Positions 1 to 9,365 of a DNA stretch of 49,486 bases are shown here, piece after piece. A program made the translations under genes and the position numbers. The notes under the pieces are model-generated. The model did not search any database and was not told the origin of the DNA. It saw only the letters and a program-made list of their open reading frames with translations. Positions within the stretch are counted from its first letter, which is position 1, and each line of letters starts with the position of its first letter. This DNA comes from a virus (taxonomy: Duplodnaviria; Caudoviricetes), in the IMG/VR virus record IMGVR_UViG_3300011338_000733, positions 1-49,486 of that record. One strand, given 5' to 3'.

Positions 1-133
1 TGTATGTCTTCTTCTAATAAACACTTACAAAAACTATCTGACTTAATCGCTTCTCTGAGTGGTGGGACCAACCATTCTTCGAAGCGATTAAGTCAGATAG
101 TTTTTGTACGTGTTTATTAGAAGAAGACATACA
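1..133. repeat. 53-bp inverted repeat (1-53 / 81-133, one mismatch); probable fold-back assembly artefact at the window start
   Basis: 1-53 is the reverse complement of 81-133, and the right arm lies inside the thyA reading frame. Confidence 0.9.
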
Positions 134-185
134 GCTTTACGATTACGAATCTCATCCGAGTATTAAAGCTCCTCTTTCTAATTGA
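54..185 (+). CDS. thyA: Thymidylate synthase, C-terminal fragment
   Basis: Manual translation SEWWDQPFFEAIKSDSFCTCLLEEDIQLYDYESHPSIKAPLSN*; the YxSHPxIKAPLSN ending is the typical ThyA C-terminus. Confidence 0.75.
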   Translation, partial: SEWWDQPFFEAIKSDSFCTCLLEEDIQLYDYESHPSIKAPLSN

Positions 186-190
186 GTATC

Positions 191-304
191 ATGATCAAAA
201 TATTCAATCTCGTATTAGGAGTGGCAACTGCAGCAATCATACCATTGGGCATGTTGTGGCTCGCAATAAAGTACAGTAACAAAATAGACAAAGATGGAAA
301 ATAA
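191..304 (+). CDS. Small single-TM membrane protein (37 aa)
   Basis: Manual translation MIKIFNLVLGVATAAIIPLGMLWLAIKYSNKIDKDGK*; fills the gap between genes. Confidence 0.55.
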   Translation: MIKIFNLVLGVATAAIIPLGMLWLAIKYSNKIDKDGK

Positions 305-548
305 CCGTAGATCGTTTTTTAAAGGACTCGCAGCATTCGCAAGCGGAGTAGTAGCAGCTAAAGCAGCCACTTATATCCCAAAGAAAGAAGAACCAAAAGA
401 AGAGGTATTAGTACCTAGTGCTCTTACAATCCACCATGACGGTAAAGATTATCACCCACTAGTAGTAGAGAAGACAGATAAAGAAGGTGGTGATTCTCTT
501 TTTAGTGTATCTTCGTATAAAAATACAATCAGAAAAGCAAACATTTAA
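294..548 (+). CDS. Small protein with a twin-arginine (Tat)-type signal peptide
   Basis: N-terminus NRRSFFK, then hydrophobic GLAAFASGVVA, then AKA site. Confidence 0.65.
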   Translation: MENNRRSFFKGLAAFASGVVAAKAATYIPKKEEPKEEVLVPSALTIHHDGKDYHPLVVEKTDKEGGDSLFSVSSYKNTIRKANI

Positions 549-551
549 CGT

Positions 552-722
552 ATGATATCAAAAGAGATGCAAGAGATCTTAGACAAAGTAGAGAATCAAT
601 TAGCTTTGATAAAAAATCAAGATTTGTTATACGATACTCTTAAATATTTATCAAATAGTATACCTAATGATATGGAATTAGGAAAAGCAGTTAGATTATT
701 ATTCACTTCAAACATAAAATAA
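552..722 (+). CDS. Small hypothetical protein with PNDMELG motif
   Basis: Manual translation; tight packing between neighbours. Confidence 0.55.
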   Translation: MISKEMQEILDKVENQLALIKNQDLLYDTLKYLSNSIPNDMELGKAVRLLFTSNIK

Positions 723-723
723 A

Positions 724-1014
724 ATGGCAGAATTTTCTAAACAGTATTGTGATGTATGGGATCGTGGATTTCCTTATGACTTTGATGTATTTGAGATTGC
801 TAAAGATCTAATTAAAGGTAACTATTATCCAATTATCTGTGAAGGATTTGGGTTCGTAGCGATCGCTAAAGATAAAAACGAACAGATATTAGTAGCGTTT
901 CAAGATGACGAAGAAGACAGAATAATTTGGCAAGACTTTGATAACTTCATGAGTTCTCAGTATAAATTATTGGAAGAGCAAATAAAAATGGATCAAGAGA
1001 ATAAGGTATTTTAA
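724..1014 (+). CDS. Hypothetical protein
   Basis: ORF track; operon packing. Confidence 0.7.
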   Translation: MAEFSKQYCDVWDRGFPYDFDVFEIAKDLIKGNYYPIICEGFGFVAIAKDKNEQILVAFQDDEEDRIIWQDFDNFMSSQYKLLEEQIKMDQENKVF

Positions 1015-1016
1015 AG

Positions 1017-1024
1017 ATATTTAT
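1017..1024 (+). promoter_or_regulatory. Putative late promoter ATATTTAT. Other + copies: 7688, 9237, 14454, 19393, 23671, 27748, 30006, 31761. - strand copies: 35217, 35533 (variant), 42172
   Basis: Recurs just upstream of starts, mostly intergenic, including starts of structural genes. Confidence 0.6.
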
Positions 1025-1219
1025 AAGAAATAAATCATGTAATGGGAAGAGTTAATCTAGAGCACTTGACTATAGAAGAAAAAGAGAAGCTCAAAGAATA
1101 CGTAGATAGTTTAAAAGAGATCAAGAAGGAGATAAACAAGATGCTGAGCAAGGGATCTAAAAAGGTTGACGAGATAGGAGGAAATCAATCAACAGGAAAA
1201 ATATTAAACATTAGATAAA

Positions 1220-1528
1220 ATGGATAAAAAATCTTGGCTACTTTCAAAGATCGCTGATAAAACAGACAAAATAATGGAAGTAGCCAAGAGTTTCTCCGAG
1301 AGACGAGCCAGTTACGGCGAAAAGATTACCGCTCTAAAAGAAAGACTGTTAGAGAACTACAAATTCTGGGCATCCAAATCCACAGACGGATCTAAAGCAA
1401 GACTTTCAGATATAGAAAGAGACACCAATTTTATAAAGTCTATTCAACACAGACCTACGAAGCTTACCGATATAGAGAAAGAAAGAGTTGATCTAATGAT
1501 GAAGAAACACTCGGTCTCTATATACTAA
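1220..1528 (+). CDS. Hypothetical protein
   Basis: ORF track. Confidence 0.7.
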   Translation: MDKKSWLLSKIADKTDKIMEVAKSFSERRASYGEKITALKERLLENYKFWASKSTDGSKARLSDIERDTNFIKSIQHRPTKLTDIEKERVDLMMKKHSVSIY

Positions 1529-1536
1529 CCAAAGTT

Positions 1537-1887
1537 ATGAATTTATTTTACGCTATCGTTTACGGGTTAATATCCCAAATACTTAGTTTTGTCTGTGCTC
1601 AAGGATCTTACAAGATACCGATACTGAAAAACAATATGTGGTTAATGGTATTGATGGGAGCACCAATATCTTTTCTCGTTATAAAGAGTGTACATTATTT
1701 CGCAGCAGCATTTCATGGTGAAATGTGGCCCGGTAGAATTATGGGATTTACGGTGGGTATATTCGTTTTCTCTGTAATGGGATGGTTGATGTTCGGTGAA
1801 AAGATAAGTTCTAAAACTGCAGTGTGTTTAGCTTTGTGTTTCGTTATTATCGCGATTCAAATACTTTGGAAGACACCAAGAATATAA
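1537..1887 (+). CDS. Four-TM small membrane protein, DMT/SMR-like
   Basis: Four hydrophobic helices in 116 aa; 'GWLMFGEKIS' resembles the DMT C-terminal motif. Confidence 0.55.
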   Translation: MNLFYAIVYGLISQILSFVCAQGSYKIPILKNNMWLMVLMGAPISFLVIKSVHYFAAAFHGEMWPGRIMGFTVGIFVFSVMGWLMFGEKISSKTAVCLALCFVIIAIQILWKTPRI

Positions 1888-1912
1888 GTATCACATATTA
1901 AAACAAATCGTT

Positions 1913-1921
1913 TATATTTAC
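1913..1921 (+). promoter_or_regulatory. Putative early/middle promoter TA(T/C/A)ATTTA(C/T), resembling the Bacteroidota -7 box TAnnTTTG. Other copies: 7927, 12961, 15970, 18537, 23299, 24646, 26416, 28930, 30970
   Basis: Ten intergenic copies a short distance upstream of gene or tRNA starts. Confidence 0.65.
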
Positions 1922-1937
1922 CTAAACAACAAAAGTT

Positions 1938-2144
1938 ATGCACGATCAACACATTTACTACATTATTTACTACTTCATTGGTCTTTCTTATTGGGCGATA
2001 AACATATTCTTTAGAAAGCTACACTTAAAAAACGATTCAGGAGACGGATGGTTCTTAGCTCCATTGTGGGTTATATTTTGGCCCATGTTTTTCTTTATGT
2101 TAATATGGCTTAAGATTCTAAATATCAAAAACAAAAAAGCGTAA
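1938..2144 (+). CDS. Small membrane protein
   Basis: Two hydrophobic segments; AAAGTTATG leader. Confidence 0.65.
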   Translation: MHDQHIYYIIYYFIGLSYWAINIFFRKLHLKNDSGDGWFLAPLWVIFWPMFFFMLIWLKILNIKNKKA

Positions 2145-2148
2145 TAAA

Positions 2149-2877
2149 ATGAAAATTACCTGCATCAGTGATACTCATGGTCTACACAATCATATGACTA
2201 ACTATCATAAGTTAGAAAGTGGTGATGTGCTATTACACGCAGGAGATTTCTCTAATATAGGAAAGAAGTCAGAGATCTTAGACTTTATTGCGTGGTTACA
2301 CAGACAACTTAAGCAGTTTAACCATATTATCTTTATCGCTGGCAACCACGATAGAAGCATGGATCCTATGTTCGTAGAGACTAAGTCTTCAGTTGGACAT
2401 ATTAAGATTAATCATGACTATGAGATGCAAAAACCAGAGTGGCTGATAGAAGCTATAGCCAGTATGGATAAAAGAATACATTACTTAGAAAATTCTGGAG
2501 TTAGCATTAACGGTATCAATTTTTGGGGATCTCCTATAACTCCCAACTTTTACGAACAGTATTGGGCTTTCAATAGAAGTAGAGGAGAAAAGATCGCTAA
2601 GTATTGGGACATGATACCAAAAGACACTAACGTTCTTATCACTCACGGACCCGCTATGGGAATAGGAGACTACATAAAGGATCAAATGGTAAATGTAGGA
2701 TGCGAAGAATTAGAGACTAAAGTAAGATACGAACTTCCTGAATTAAAGCTACACGTATTCGGACACATCCATGACGCATACTGTAAGAAAACAGAAGGTA
2801 ATACAACGTACGTTAATGCTTCAATTTGCACAGAGCAATACGTACCCAAGAACGCCCCAATAGTCCTGGAGCTATGA
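2149..2877 (+). CDS. Calcineurin-like metallophosphoesterase (MPPED/239FB-like)
   Basis: SDTHG, HAGDFS, AGNHD, THGP and FGHIH motifs. Confidence 0.9.
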   Translation: MKITCISDTHGLHNHMTNYHKLESGDVLLHAGDFSNIGKKSEILDFIAWLHRQLKQFNHIIFIAGNHDRSMDPMFVETKSSVGHIKINHDYEMQKPEWLIEAIASMDKRIHYLENSGVSINGINFWGSPITPNFYEQYWAFNRSRGEKIAKYWDMIPKDTNVLITHGPAMGIGDYIKDQMVNVGCEELETKVRYELPELKLHVFGHIHDAYCKKTEGNTTYVNASICTEQYVPKNAPIVLEL

Positions 2878-2910
2878 CATGACCCCATGCAAGTGCGCCT
2901 ATAGTTAAGT

Positions 2911-2972
2911 AACCCGTTGATTATCAACCATTTGTACGCAACTGTTTGGTTTTCAATGGGTTGTCTTTTTTC
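2911..2972 (+). terminator. Long imperfect hairpin plus T-tract (intrinsic terminator candidate)
   Basis: AACCCGTTGA...TCAATGGGTT followed by TTTTTT. Confidence 0.5.
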
Positions 2973-3000
2973 AGCCTTTTTGCGCTTTTATTAGAGATTA

Positions 3001-3117
3001 TTCAGCCTGGGGATTCAGGATTAGATGATCTAAAAACTTTAAAAAATAGTTAGAAAAAAGTTCTCCAGTTGGGGAAATTGGGGTAATTTTACCCTGTTAC
3101 CAAATCAACAGAGCATG
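3001..3117 (+). repeat. Copy 1 of a ~115-bp promoter repeat ending at an ATG
   Basis: GGATTAGA..CTAAAAACTT..AAAATAGTT..GGGGTAATTTTACCCTGTTACCAAATCAA..GCATG shared with three other copies. Confidence 0.9.
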
Positions 3118-3495
3118 AATATCAAAATCTTCGTTTACGACTACCTGACCCACGAGACAATTATTGACAACACAATCGAAGTTAATGGCGACTATGAGAT
3201 CGCTGAGGCCAATCACAAGGCATTTAGGGAATTATATCCCAATTGTCAAGTAAACTTCGTGATTGACTCTGAAAACTTCTTGATGAGTCCGCCACTCAAT
3301 CAAGAGAAAGACGAGCGAGCTTATGACCAAGGTCGTATGTCTTGGGAGGATTATATGGATAAGTGGTATAGCGGTGCTTTGGAAAGCGATGACGATATGA
3401 GAGAATTGCGAGACATTTCTATCGATCAGGATATCGCTACACTCGAGAGATACGACGCTGAAGATTGGGCATCACGTGACTCAGTATGTCACTAA
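3115..3495 (+). CDS. Early hypothetical protein
   Basis: Starts at the end of the promoter repeat; weak similarity to 4071-4433 (H..xPNC.V, G.MS....KWY). Confidence 0.75.
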   Translation: MNIKIFVYDYLTHETIIDNTIEVNGDYEIAEANHKAFRELYPNCQVNFVIDSENFLMSPPLNQEKDERAYDQGRMSWEDYMDKWYSGALESDDDMRELRDISIDQDIATLERYDAEDWASRDSVCH

Positions 3496-3540
3496 GCTCT
3501 CTTCGCTCGATTCTGAATTACGTAATTTAAAATAAAAGTT

Positions 3541-3978
3541 ATGCAAGAGACAATCACAAATCAAGTCATTAAGCAAGGAGTATCAATGCAGTTGAATAAT
3601 GATTCTAATAATTGTACCGTATTAGCTTTAGCAGCCACAACAGGTTCATCTTATGACGAAGCTTATGTGCACGCTGAAAGATATTGGTTGAGAAAGAAGA
3701 AAAAAGGCGTACGCACAAATACTTTGGATGCTTACTTTACTAAAACTCTTGGTGTACCAAAAATGGGCACCAAAAAAGTGTATCACATCAAGCATAGCAA
3801 CAAAGAAGTAGTCTGCAAAATGACTGTCGGCACATTTGCCAAAGAGTATCCAATAGGAAACTACTACGTGGTGGTATCAGGACATGCCTTAGCTATCATC
3901 GATGGTAAGATCTTAGATCACGCGAGTCTTCTTCAAAAACCTAAACGCATCGTAAAACATGCGTGGAAAATAAAATAA
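3541..3978 (+). CDS. Conserved phage protein with Cys/His/Asp motifs (possible papain-like fold)
   Basis: NNCTVLALA ... GHALAIIDGKILD. Confidence 0.6.
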   Translation: MQETITNQVIKQGVSMQLNNDSNNCTVLALAATTGSSYDEAYVHAERYWLRKKKKGVRTNTLDAYFTKTLGVPKMGTKKVYHIKHSNKEVVCKMTVGTFAKEYPIGNYYVVVSGHALAIIDGKILDHASLLQKPKRIVKHAWKIK

Positions 3979-4070
3979 AAGATATGCAAGCTATCGAATG
4001 TCCAGTCATTATATACCCTCACTTCCCAAAAGAACTTCAGACAATATTCTTAAACTAAAATAAAAGTTAT

Positions 4071-4433
4071 ATGATAAAATGTACACTCACCCTCACAGAT
4101 TGGTTCACTAAAAAAGTATCAAAGAAAGTTATTATGCCTAAAGATCCATGTGTGGCAGCAGAGATCCACGCAGAGAATAATCCAAATTGTAGTGTATTAG
4201 TGGAGTGGATAGACGAAGATGGACCAAAAGAAGCAGTAAGAGTACCTTACAACATTATGCTCGATCAGCTTCTTGTTGACGAAGGAGAAATGAGCATCAA
4301 TCGCTTCACTACAAAATGGTATGGTAAAGTAAGCAAAGCTAAACTCAAAGCTATCGAGAAAGAATTGGCTAAAGAATTCGTAGAAGAAGAGGAAGAGCAA
4401 GAAGATCCTGAGATGATCATCATCGTAGACTAA
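4071..4433 (+). CDS. Early hypothetical protein, probable paralog of 3115-3495
   Basis: Shared PNC.V and GEMS...KWY motifs. Confidence 0.7.
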   Translation: MIKCTLTLTDWFTKKVSKKVIMPKDPCVAAEIHAENNPNCSVLVEWIDEDGPKEAVRVPYNIMLDQLLVDEGEMSINRFTTKWYGKVSKAKLKAIEKELAKEFVEEEEEQEDPEMIIIVD

Positions 4434-4478
4434 TAAGTGCTAATAACCTTTAATAACTCATAATAATAACTAATAGAA

Positions 4479-4970
4479 ATGAAAAAAGTAACAGTAAAAA
4501 AACAAATCGTAGACTTCATGATTGCAAATGGTAATGACTTTAGGTACACTGATGTAGTCAAGGCATTGCTTAGAATTTGTAAAGGAAAGAATTACGTCTA
4601 TAAACGTGAATATGATCGAGGGTTTTATGCAACTAATTTGTCTATCAGTTCTCGTAATGGATATTTGGTAAATGGTGGTGGAGATTGTGGATTGTATAAG
4701 AACGAACACGGGAGGTGGAGCGCAAAATACTACACTAAAGCCGATAAGATTAATTACATTCTAGAGCGTCAAATCAATACGCTGTCAGCCATAGTATCGA
4801 AAGAAAGGTCCATGTATGACAATAATATGAATAAGATATCAGATTTGCCAGTAAGTCAATATAGGAGTGACATGTTTAATTACTACTACAATCAATATAG
4901 ATCCATCGTAGATTCAAGCAAAATGGAAGCTCAAAATAAGATAACCAAAGCAATACTTAAGGTCATTTAA
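4479..4970 (+). CDS. Hypothetical protein
   Basis: ORF track. Confidence 0.7.
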   Translation: MKKVTVKKQIVDFMIANGNDFRYTDVVKALLRICKGKNYVYKREYDRGFYATNLSISSRNGYLVNGGGDCGLYKNEHGRWSAKYYTKADKINYILERQINTLSAIVSKERSMYDNNMNKISDLPVSQYRSDMFNYYYNQYRSIVDSSKMEAQNKITKAILKVI

Positions 4971-5077
4971 TGGGCTGGCCAGTGAGCTCCCAGTGAGCTC
5001 GGGCAATTCATTGGTAACCAACCAGTTAGAAACAGGCTGAAAATCAGCTACTTGGGAAGCCCCCGGACTGAAAAATC

Positions 5078-5194
5078 TTCAGCCCGGGGACCCAGGATTA
5101 GATAAACTAAAAACTTCTAAAAATAGTTCAAAAAAGCTTTATACTGTCGCCAGAAAGGGGTAATTTAGCCCTGTTACCAAATCAAAAGAGCATG
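5078..5194 (+). repeat. Copy 2 of the promoter repeat
   Basis: Direct sequence comparison. Confidence 0.9.
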
Positions 5195-6130
5195 AATCAA
5201 AAGAATCTTAGTTACGGCCAGTTGTACTACGCAAAGTTAAAAGCAAAAGAATTCGGCATCACAGTCGATCAGTATCTCGCATCCAAAGGTACAAAACGTG
5301 GATCTAAAGTAGAAGCTAACGAAGCCACAATCTCTAAGCCCGAACACATCGACCTGTCAAAAGTCGGTAAGCTTAGGAACCTCGACATCACTGAGGGTAT
5401 GCTTAAGCGTAATGCAACTGGCCAGCCGATCGATCAGCTTTTTTCTTACGAAGGCGGAGTACCAGTTGGCACCAACATTATGTGTACAGGCGATCCAGGA
5501 GTAGGTAAGACTACGGTATTGCTTCACACGCTTGCCAATCTTCAAGTCAATAATCGTAAGCTTAAGTGTCTCTTTGTGTGTGCAGAGATGAACAAGATTC
5601 AAATGTACAAGTACACACAGCGTTTCCCGATCTTTGGCGAAGTTGACACAGTGTTTGCTTCTGACTTTATGGATACCAATTTCAAGTCAGTGATGGAGCA
5701 GCTTATGAAGCGTGGCTACGACTACATTCTTATGGACAGCATCGTAGAAGTATTGGAAACTGTACGCGATGATAATGGTTGGGGCCAAATGCAAGCAGAA
5801 AAATGGCTGATCGATCTTTGCGTAAAGAATAACGAAGGACACAATGATCGCACCGCATTCACCACAATGCTCTTGATCCAACAAGTTACCAAAGCAGGCG
5901 TATTCGTTGGATCTAACAAGATGAAGCACATCACTGATGCTCACATGGAAATGCGTAGGCAAAAAGAACGTGACGGTGGCGGTACCTACATCGAGTTCAG
6001 CAAGAATCGTAACGGTCAAGCTGGTATCAGATTCGGTTACCAACTGTCTAACGATAGGATCGACTACGGTACCATCACTCAGATCGAAGAAGGTGAGTTT
6101 GAATTAGAGAACGAAGTAACAATCGGCTAA
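5192..6130 (+). CDS. RecA-superfamily ATPase, RadA/Sms-like core
   Basis: Walker A GDPGVGKT, 'ILMDSI' Walker B, QVTKAG.FVGSNKMKH..D and KNR motifs. Confidence 0.85.
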   Translation: MNQKNLSYGQLYYAKLKAKEFGITVDQYLASKGTKRGSKVEANEATISKPEHIDLSKVGKLRNLDITEGMLKRNATGQPIDQLFSYEGGVPVGTNIMCTGDPGVGKTTVLLHTLANLQVNNRKLKCLFVCAEMNKIQMYKYTQRFPIFGEVDTVFASDFMDTNFKSVMEQLMKRGYDYILMDSIVEVLETVRDDNGWGQMQAEKWLIDLCVKNNEGHNDRTAFTTMLLIQQVTKAGVFVGSNKMKHITDAHMEMRRQKERDGGGTYIEFSKNRNGQAGIRFGYQLSNDRIDYGTITQIEEGEFELENEVTIG

Positions 6131-6158
6131 TCATTATCAAAAAACTAAAATCAAAGTT

Positions 6159-6521
6159 ATGACAAATTTAGAAAAGAAAATGCTAGCTTCAGAGATCGTA
6201 GGAGACGGACAGTTGCCAAATAAGTTCTTCGTAACCACTGGACCATGGGTAACCGTAGTCGACGAGTATGGAGATCGTGAGTCAGAGCTTCTTGATGGAT
6301 ACACAGAAGCCGATACAGTTACCGAAGTCTTCGATACCTACGAAGATGCCGACAAGTACTTCAGTAGCATAGAGCTTGATATCTACGATGGTACTGCACA
6401 AATCCTATTAGAAGATCGACTCGCAGGCCTCATAAAAGAGGTGAGCTTAGAGAAGATCATTAAGGTTGACTATGTTCAAACTGGAAATAGCGACGCTAGA
6501 CTATTTGGGTACGAAAAATAA
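6159..6521 (+). CDS. Acidic hypothetical protein
   Basis: ORF track; AAAGTTATG leader. Confidence 0.7.
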   Translation: MTNLEKKMLASEIVGDGQLPNKFFVTTGPWVTVVDEYGDRESELLDGYTEADTVTEVFDTYEDADKYFSSIELDIYDGTAQILLEDRLAGLIKEVSLEKIIKVDYVQTGNSDARLFGYEK

Positions 6522-6526
6522 AAGTT

Positions 6527-6730
6527 ATGCAATACACAAAAATAGAATTAGAAAACTTAGAGACAATAGAACAGGCATGGGATGGAGATGAACTCAAGAT
6601 CAAGGAAGATGACTATAAAGTATGGCTCACTCACCCTGAAAATAGAGAATACAATGGAGATTACACAATAGAAGTGTTAATACTTGGTAGCTGGGAACAA
6701 TCAAATCATTCATTTTCATTTTTGCACTAA
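6527..6730 (+). CDS. Hypothetical protein
   Basis: ORF track; AAAGTTATG leader. Confidence 0.7.
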   Translation: MQYTKIELENLETIEQAWDGDELKIKEDDYKVWLTHPENREYNGDYTIEVLILGSWEQSNHSFSFLH

Positions 6731-6742
6731 AAAATAAAAGTT

Positions 6743-7135
6743 ATGTCAACAAGATCAAACATAGGAATTAGAAATACAGATGGAACTATAGAGTACATTT
6801 ACTGTCATTTCGATGGCTATCCAGAGCATAATGGTGAGATCCTCACTCAGTATTATATCAATGTCAATCGAGTAAAAGAGTTACTAAAGTTGGGCGATTT
6901 GAGTGTGTTAGGTAAATTCATAGGTGAGAAACAAGACTTCGATAATCGAGCTAAAGATTCTTGTTTAGCTTATGGTAGAGATAGAGGAGAATCAGGAGTT
7001 AGTGCAAGTACTACCACTTTAGAAAATCTGTTGAGTAATACTACCATAGACTATGTATACGTTTTCGATGGAGACTATTGGGAGTGTTATAACACGAACA
7101 CAAAAGAATCAATCAATCTATATAATCAAAAATAA
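6743..7135 (+). CDS. Conserved phage protein (MSTRS...IYCHxDGYP family)
   Basis: Recognisable motif of a widespread phage hypothetical family. Confidence 0.75.
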   Translation: MSTRSNIGIRNTDGTIEYIYCHFDGYPEHNGEILTQYYINVNRVKELLKLGDLSVLGKFIGEKQDFDNRAKDSCLAYGRDRGESGVSASTTTLENLLSNTTIDYVYVFDGDYWECYNTNTKESINLYNQK

Positions 7136-7141
7136 AAAAAC

Positions 7142-7438
7142 ATGGCAAAAGAATTGCAAGAATCGATGTATCCAAGTTACAAGAAAGTGTTGGTAAAATC
7201 ACCATCAAGAACACACATTCTTTCCCAAACTTATCTGAATCCTGACGAGTTTCCATTTAGAGTCTACACAGTGAATCACGCTAAAAAGACAGAGTATGTG
7301 TACGGTGTGTTCAGCACAGAAGCATACGCTAAAGTAGTGGTTAACAAGATCAATAGCGGAAAAGAGAAAGAAGTTGACGAGGTCTACGACAGCAACAGAA
7401 CTCGACAGTACAAGCGACCTTATAACGACGCAAAATAA
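7142..7438 (+). CDS. Hypothetical protein
   Basis: ORF track. Confidence 0.7.
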   Translation: MAKELQESMYPSYKKVLVKSPSRTHILSQTYLNPDEFPFRVYTVNHAKKTEYVYGVFSTEAYAKVVVNKINSGKEKEVDEVYDSNRTRQYKRPYNDAK

Positions 7439-7444
7439 AATCGT

Positions 7445-7687
7445 ATGATCGTAAAAGAACTAATAGAAAAACTACAAGAGCTGGATCCAAACCTTCCAGT
7501 TCTTGTAGACGGTTACGAGGGAGGATGTAACGATCTAAAAGAGCTGGTAGAAATAGAAGTCATAAGAGATGTTAATACTCAGTGGTATTATGGAGCTCAC
7601 GAGAAAGTTAAGAGTCTTCACCAAACAGTATTACAAGAGTTTGCTAAAGATCAAAAGTTTCCTACACGCGGCGTCCTCATTGGTTAG
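7445..7687 (+). CDS. Conserved small phage protein (MxVKELIEKL...GYEGG)
   Basis: Common phage N-terminal motif. Confidence 0.7.
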   Translation: MIVKELIEKLQELDPNLPVLVDGYEGGCNDLKELVEIEVIRDVNTQWYYGAHEKVKSLHQTVLQEFAKDQKFPTRGVLIG

Positions 7688-7712
7688 ATATTTATTCTAA
7701 AAAAAGAATCAA

Positions 7713-7910
7713 ATGAAGTGGGATGATCCAAAAATTTCTGAGATACTTCGACTTGAGTATGAGGTAACAAGAGCGGTAATAGCTGGACATAAGTCTCAAG
7801 GAAATGATCAGTTTAGAGACCATAGAGAAAGACTAAAGATATTAAGAGTAGAGGCCAACATACCAACTCACGCACAACAACAGTTAGGACCACGAAATAA
7901 TAAAGCTTAA
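7713..7910 (+). CDS. Hypothetical protein (late motif upstream)
   Basis: ATATTTAT at 7688. Confidence 0.6.
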   Translation: MKWDDPKISEILRLEYEVTRAVIAGHKSQGNDQFRDHRERLKILRVEANIPTHAQQQLGPRNNKA

Positions 7911-8083
7911 TGTCAAAAAGATCAATTACATTTATCTAAATTAATAGTTATGTCATCAACAAAGTTATACCGATTAGAAAAGCTAAGTTTTTTCTTTACA
8001 ATGTTATTCTCATCAGTAGTAATAGTACTTGGTTTAATATCCGTGATAGGCAGAATTATAATGTTAACATTAAAATAAAAGTT

Positions 8084-9037
8084 ATGACAAATTTAGGTTA
8101 TGCATGCATCTGTCTCTCACTTCCCGGTAGGACTACCAATAGAACTATGCGCAAAAGTACGTTAGATCAAAAAGGTATAGCTTATCAATCAGAATTAGCA
8201 TTGGCTAACGCATCAGATCTGATCCATATCTTAGAATGGAATAGGCAGAATGGTATATTCTTTTTTAGGATGAGCAGCGATATGATTCCTTGGGGTAATA
8301 CCATCGATCTAGAGAAACTACCAGACTATAAGCGAATAGCAGAAGCGTTAAGAAAAGCTGGAGACTTTGCTAAGTTCCATAATATGCGACTTAGTATGCA
8401 TCCTGGTCCATTCACCACTCTCAGTAGTCCAAGTAGAAACGTAGTAGAGAATGGTATCAAAGATCTAGAGCTACATGGTAAAGTTATGGATCTTATGGGT
8501 CTTTCAAGATCACATTACAACAAGATCAACATACACATGGGTGGCACTCACGGTGACAAAATAGCATGTTTACAAAGGTTCGCAGATAACTTTCAATCGC
8601 TAAGTGACTCTGTAAAGTCTAGGCTTACTGTAGAAAACGATGACAAAGAGTCATTATATACTGTTAAAGATCTGATATACCTATACGAAAATGCTGGTAT
8701 TCCTATTGTGTTTGACTATCACCATCATAAATGTCAGAAAGATCCAATGTCAGAAGAAGACGCACTTAAGCTTGCAGCTTCTACATGGTCACAAGGTATT
8801 AAGCCAGTCGTACATTACCCAGAATCTAAAGCACTACACGAAAGCGATAGTAAGATCAAGCCTCAAGCACATTCAGATTATGTTAATGGTTTACCAAATT
8901 TGTACGAGGTAGACGTAGACATCATGATAGAAGCAAAGCAAAAGGAATTAACGCTACTTAGAATCAGAGAGCAGATCAATATGTGCCATTATTCAGGACT
9001 CAGGACAGTAGAGTCTTACGAACTAATAGAAACTTAA
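8084..9037 (+). CDS. uvsE: UV-damage endonuclease
   Basis: LGYAC, FFRMSSD, RLSMHPG, LTVENDD, FDYHHH, AHSDY and IEAKQKE motifs. Confidence 0.93.
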   Translation: MTNLGYACICLSLPGRTTNRTMRKSTLDQKGIAYQSELALANASDLIHILEWNRQNGIFFFRMSSDMIPWGNTIDLEKLPDYKRIAEALRKAGDFAKFHNMRLSMHPGPFTTLSSPSRNVVENGIKDLELHGKVMDLMGLSRSHYNKINIHMGGTHGDKIACLQRFADNFQSLSDSVKSRLTVENDDKESLYTVKDLIYLYENAGIPIVFDYHHHKCQKDPMSEEDALKLAASTWSQGIKPVVHYPESKALHESDSKIKPQAHSDYVNGLPNLYEVDVDIMIEAKQKELTLLRIREQINMCHYSGLRTVESYELIET

Positions 9038-9049
9038 TTAATAAACAAT

Positions 9050-9229
9050 ATGACTAGGAAAGAAAGGGCTAATTTTTTGGTTGAAAAGTACGGAGAGAAA
9101 TCGATAGAGGTAGTTGAAGACGTGATATATGATATAGATGATTTTGACGTGATCCGATATTGGAATGATGTTAAGATCGAGTGTAAACAGTTGATCAAAG
9201 AAAAAAATCAGTCATTTAATAACTCATAA
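9050..9229 (+). CDS. Small protein of the MTxKExA..LV family
   Basis: Manual translation MTRKERANFLVEKY...YWNDVKIE, resembling 12420 and 17987. Confidence 0.55.
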   Translation: MTRKERANFLVEKYGEKSIEVVEDVIYDIDDFDVIRYWNDVKIECKQLIKEKNQSFNNS

Positions 9230-9254
9230 GTGCTGGATATTTATTGATAAAAAC

Positions 9255-9365
9255 ATGGCAAAGGCTCAACCTAAACCTAGACCTATGAAGTCAAGAAAAA
9301 ATGGTCTTAAGCATAAAAAAAGAATAGATCAAAATAACAAAATCATAAAGTCTATTAATGATTAA
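9255..9365 (+). CDS. Small basic late protein (36 aa)
   Basis: MAKAQPKPRPMKSRKNGLKHKKRIDQNNKIIKSIND*, directly after ATATTTAT at 9237. Confidence 0.55.
   Translation: MAKAQPKPRPMKSRKNGLKHKKRIDQNNKIIKSIND

Noticed and set aside
4979-5000. CCAGTGAGCTC tandem duplication
   Set aside because: Only two copies and not found elsewhere; no function can be supported.
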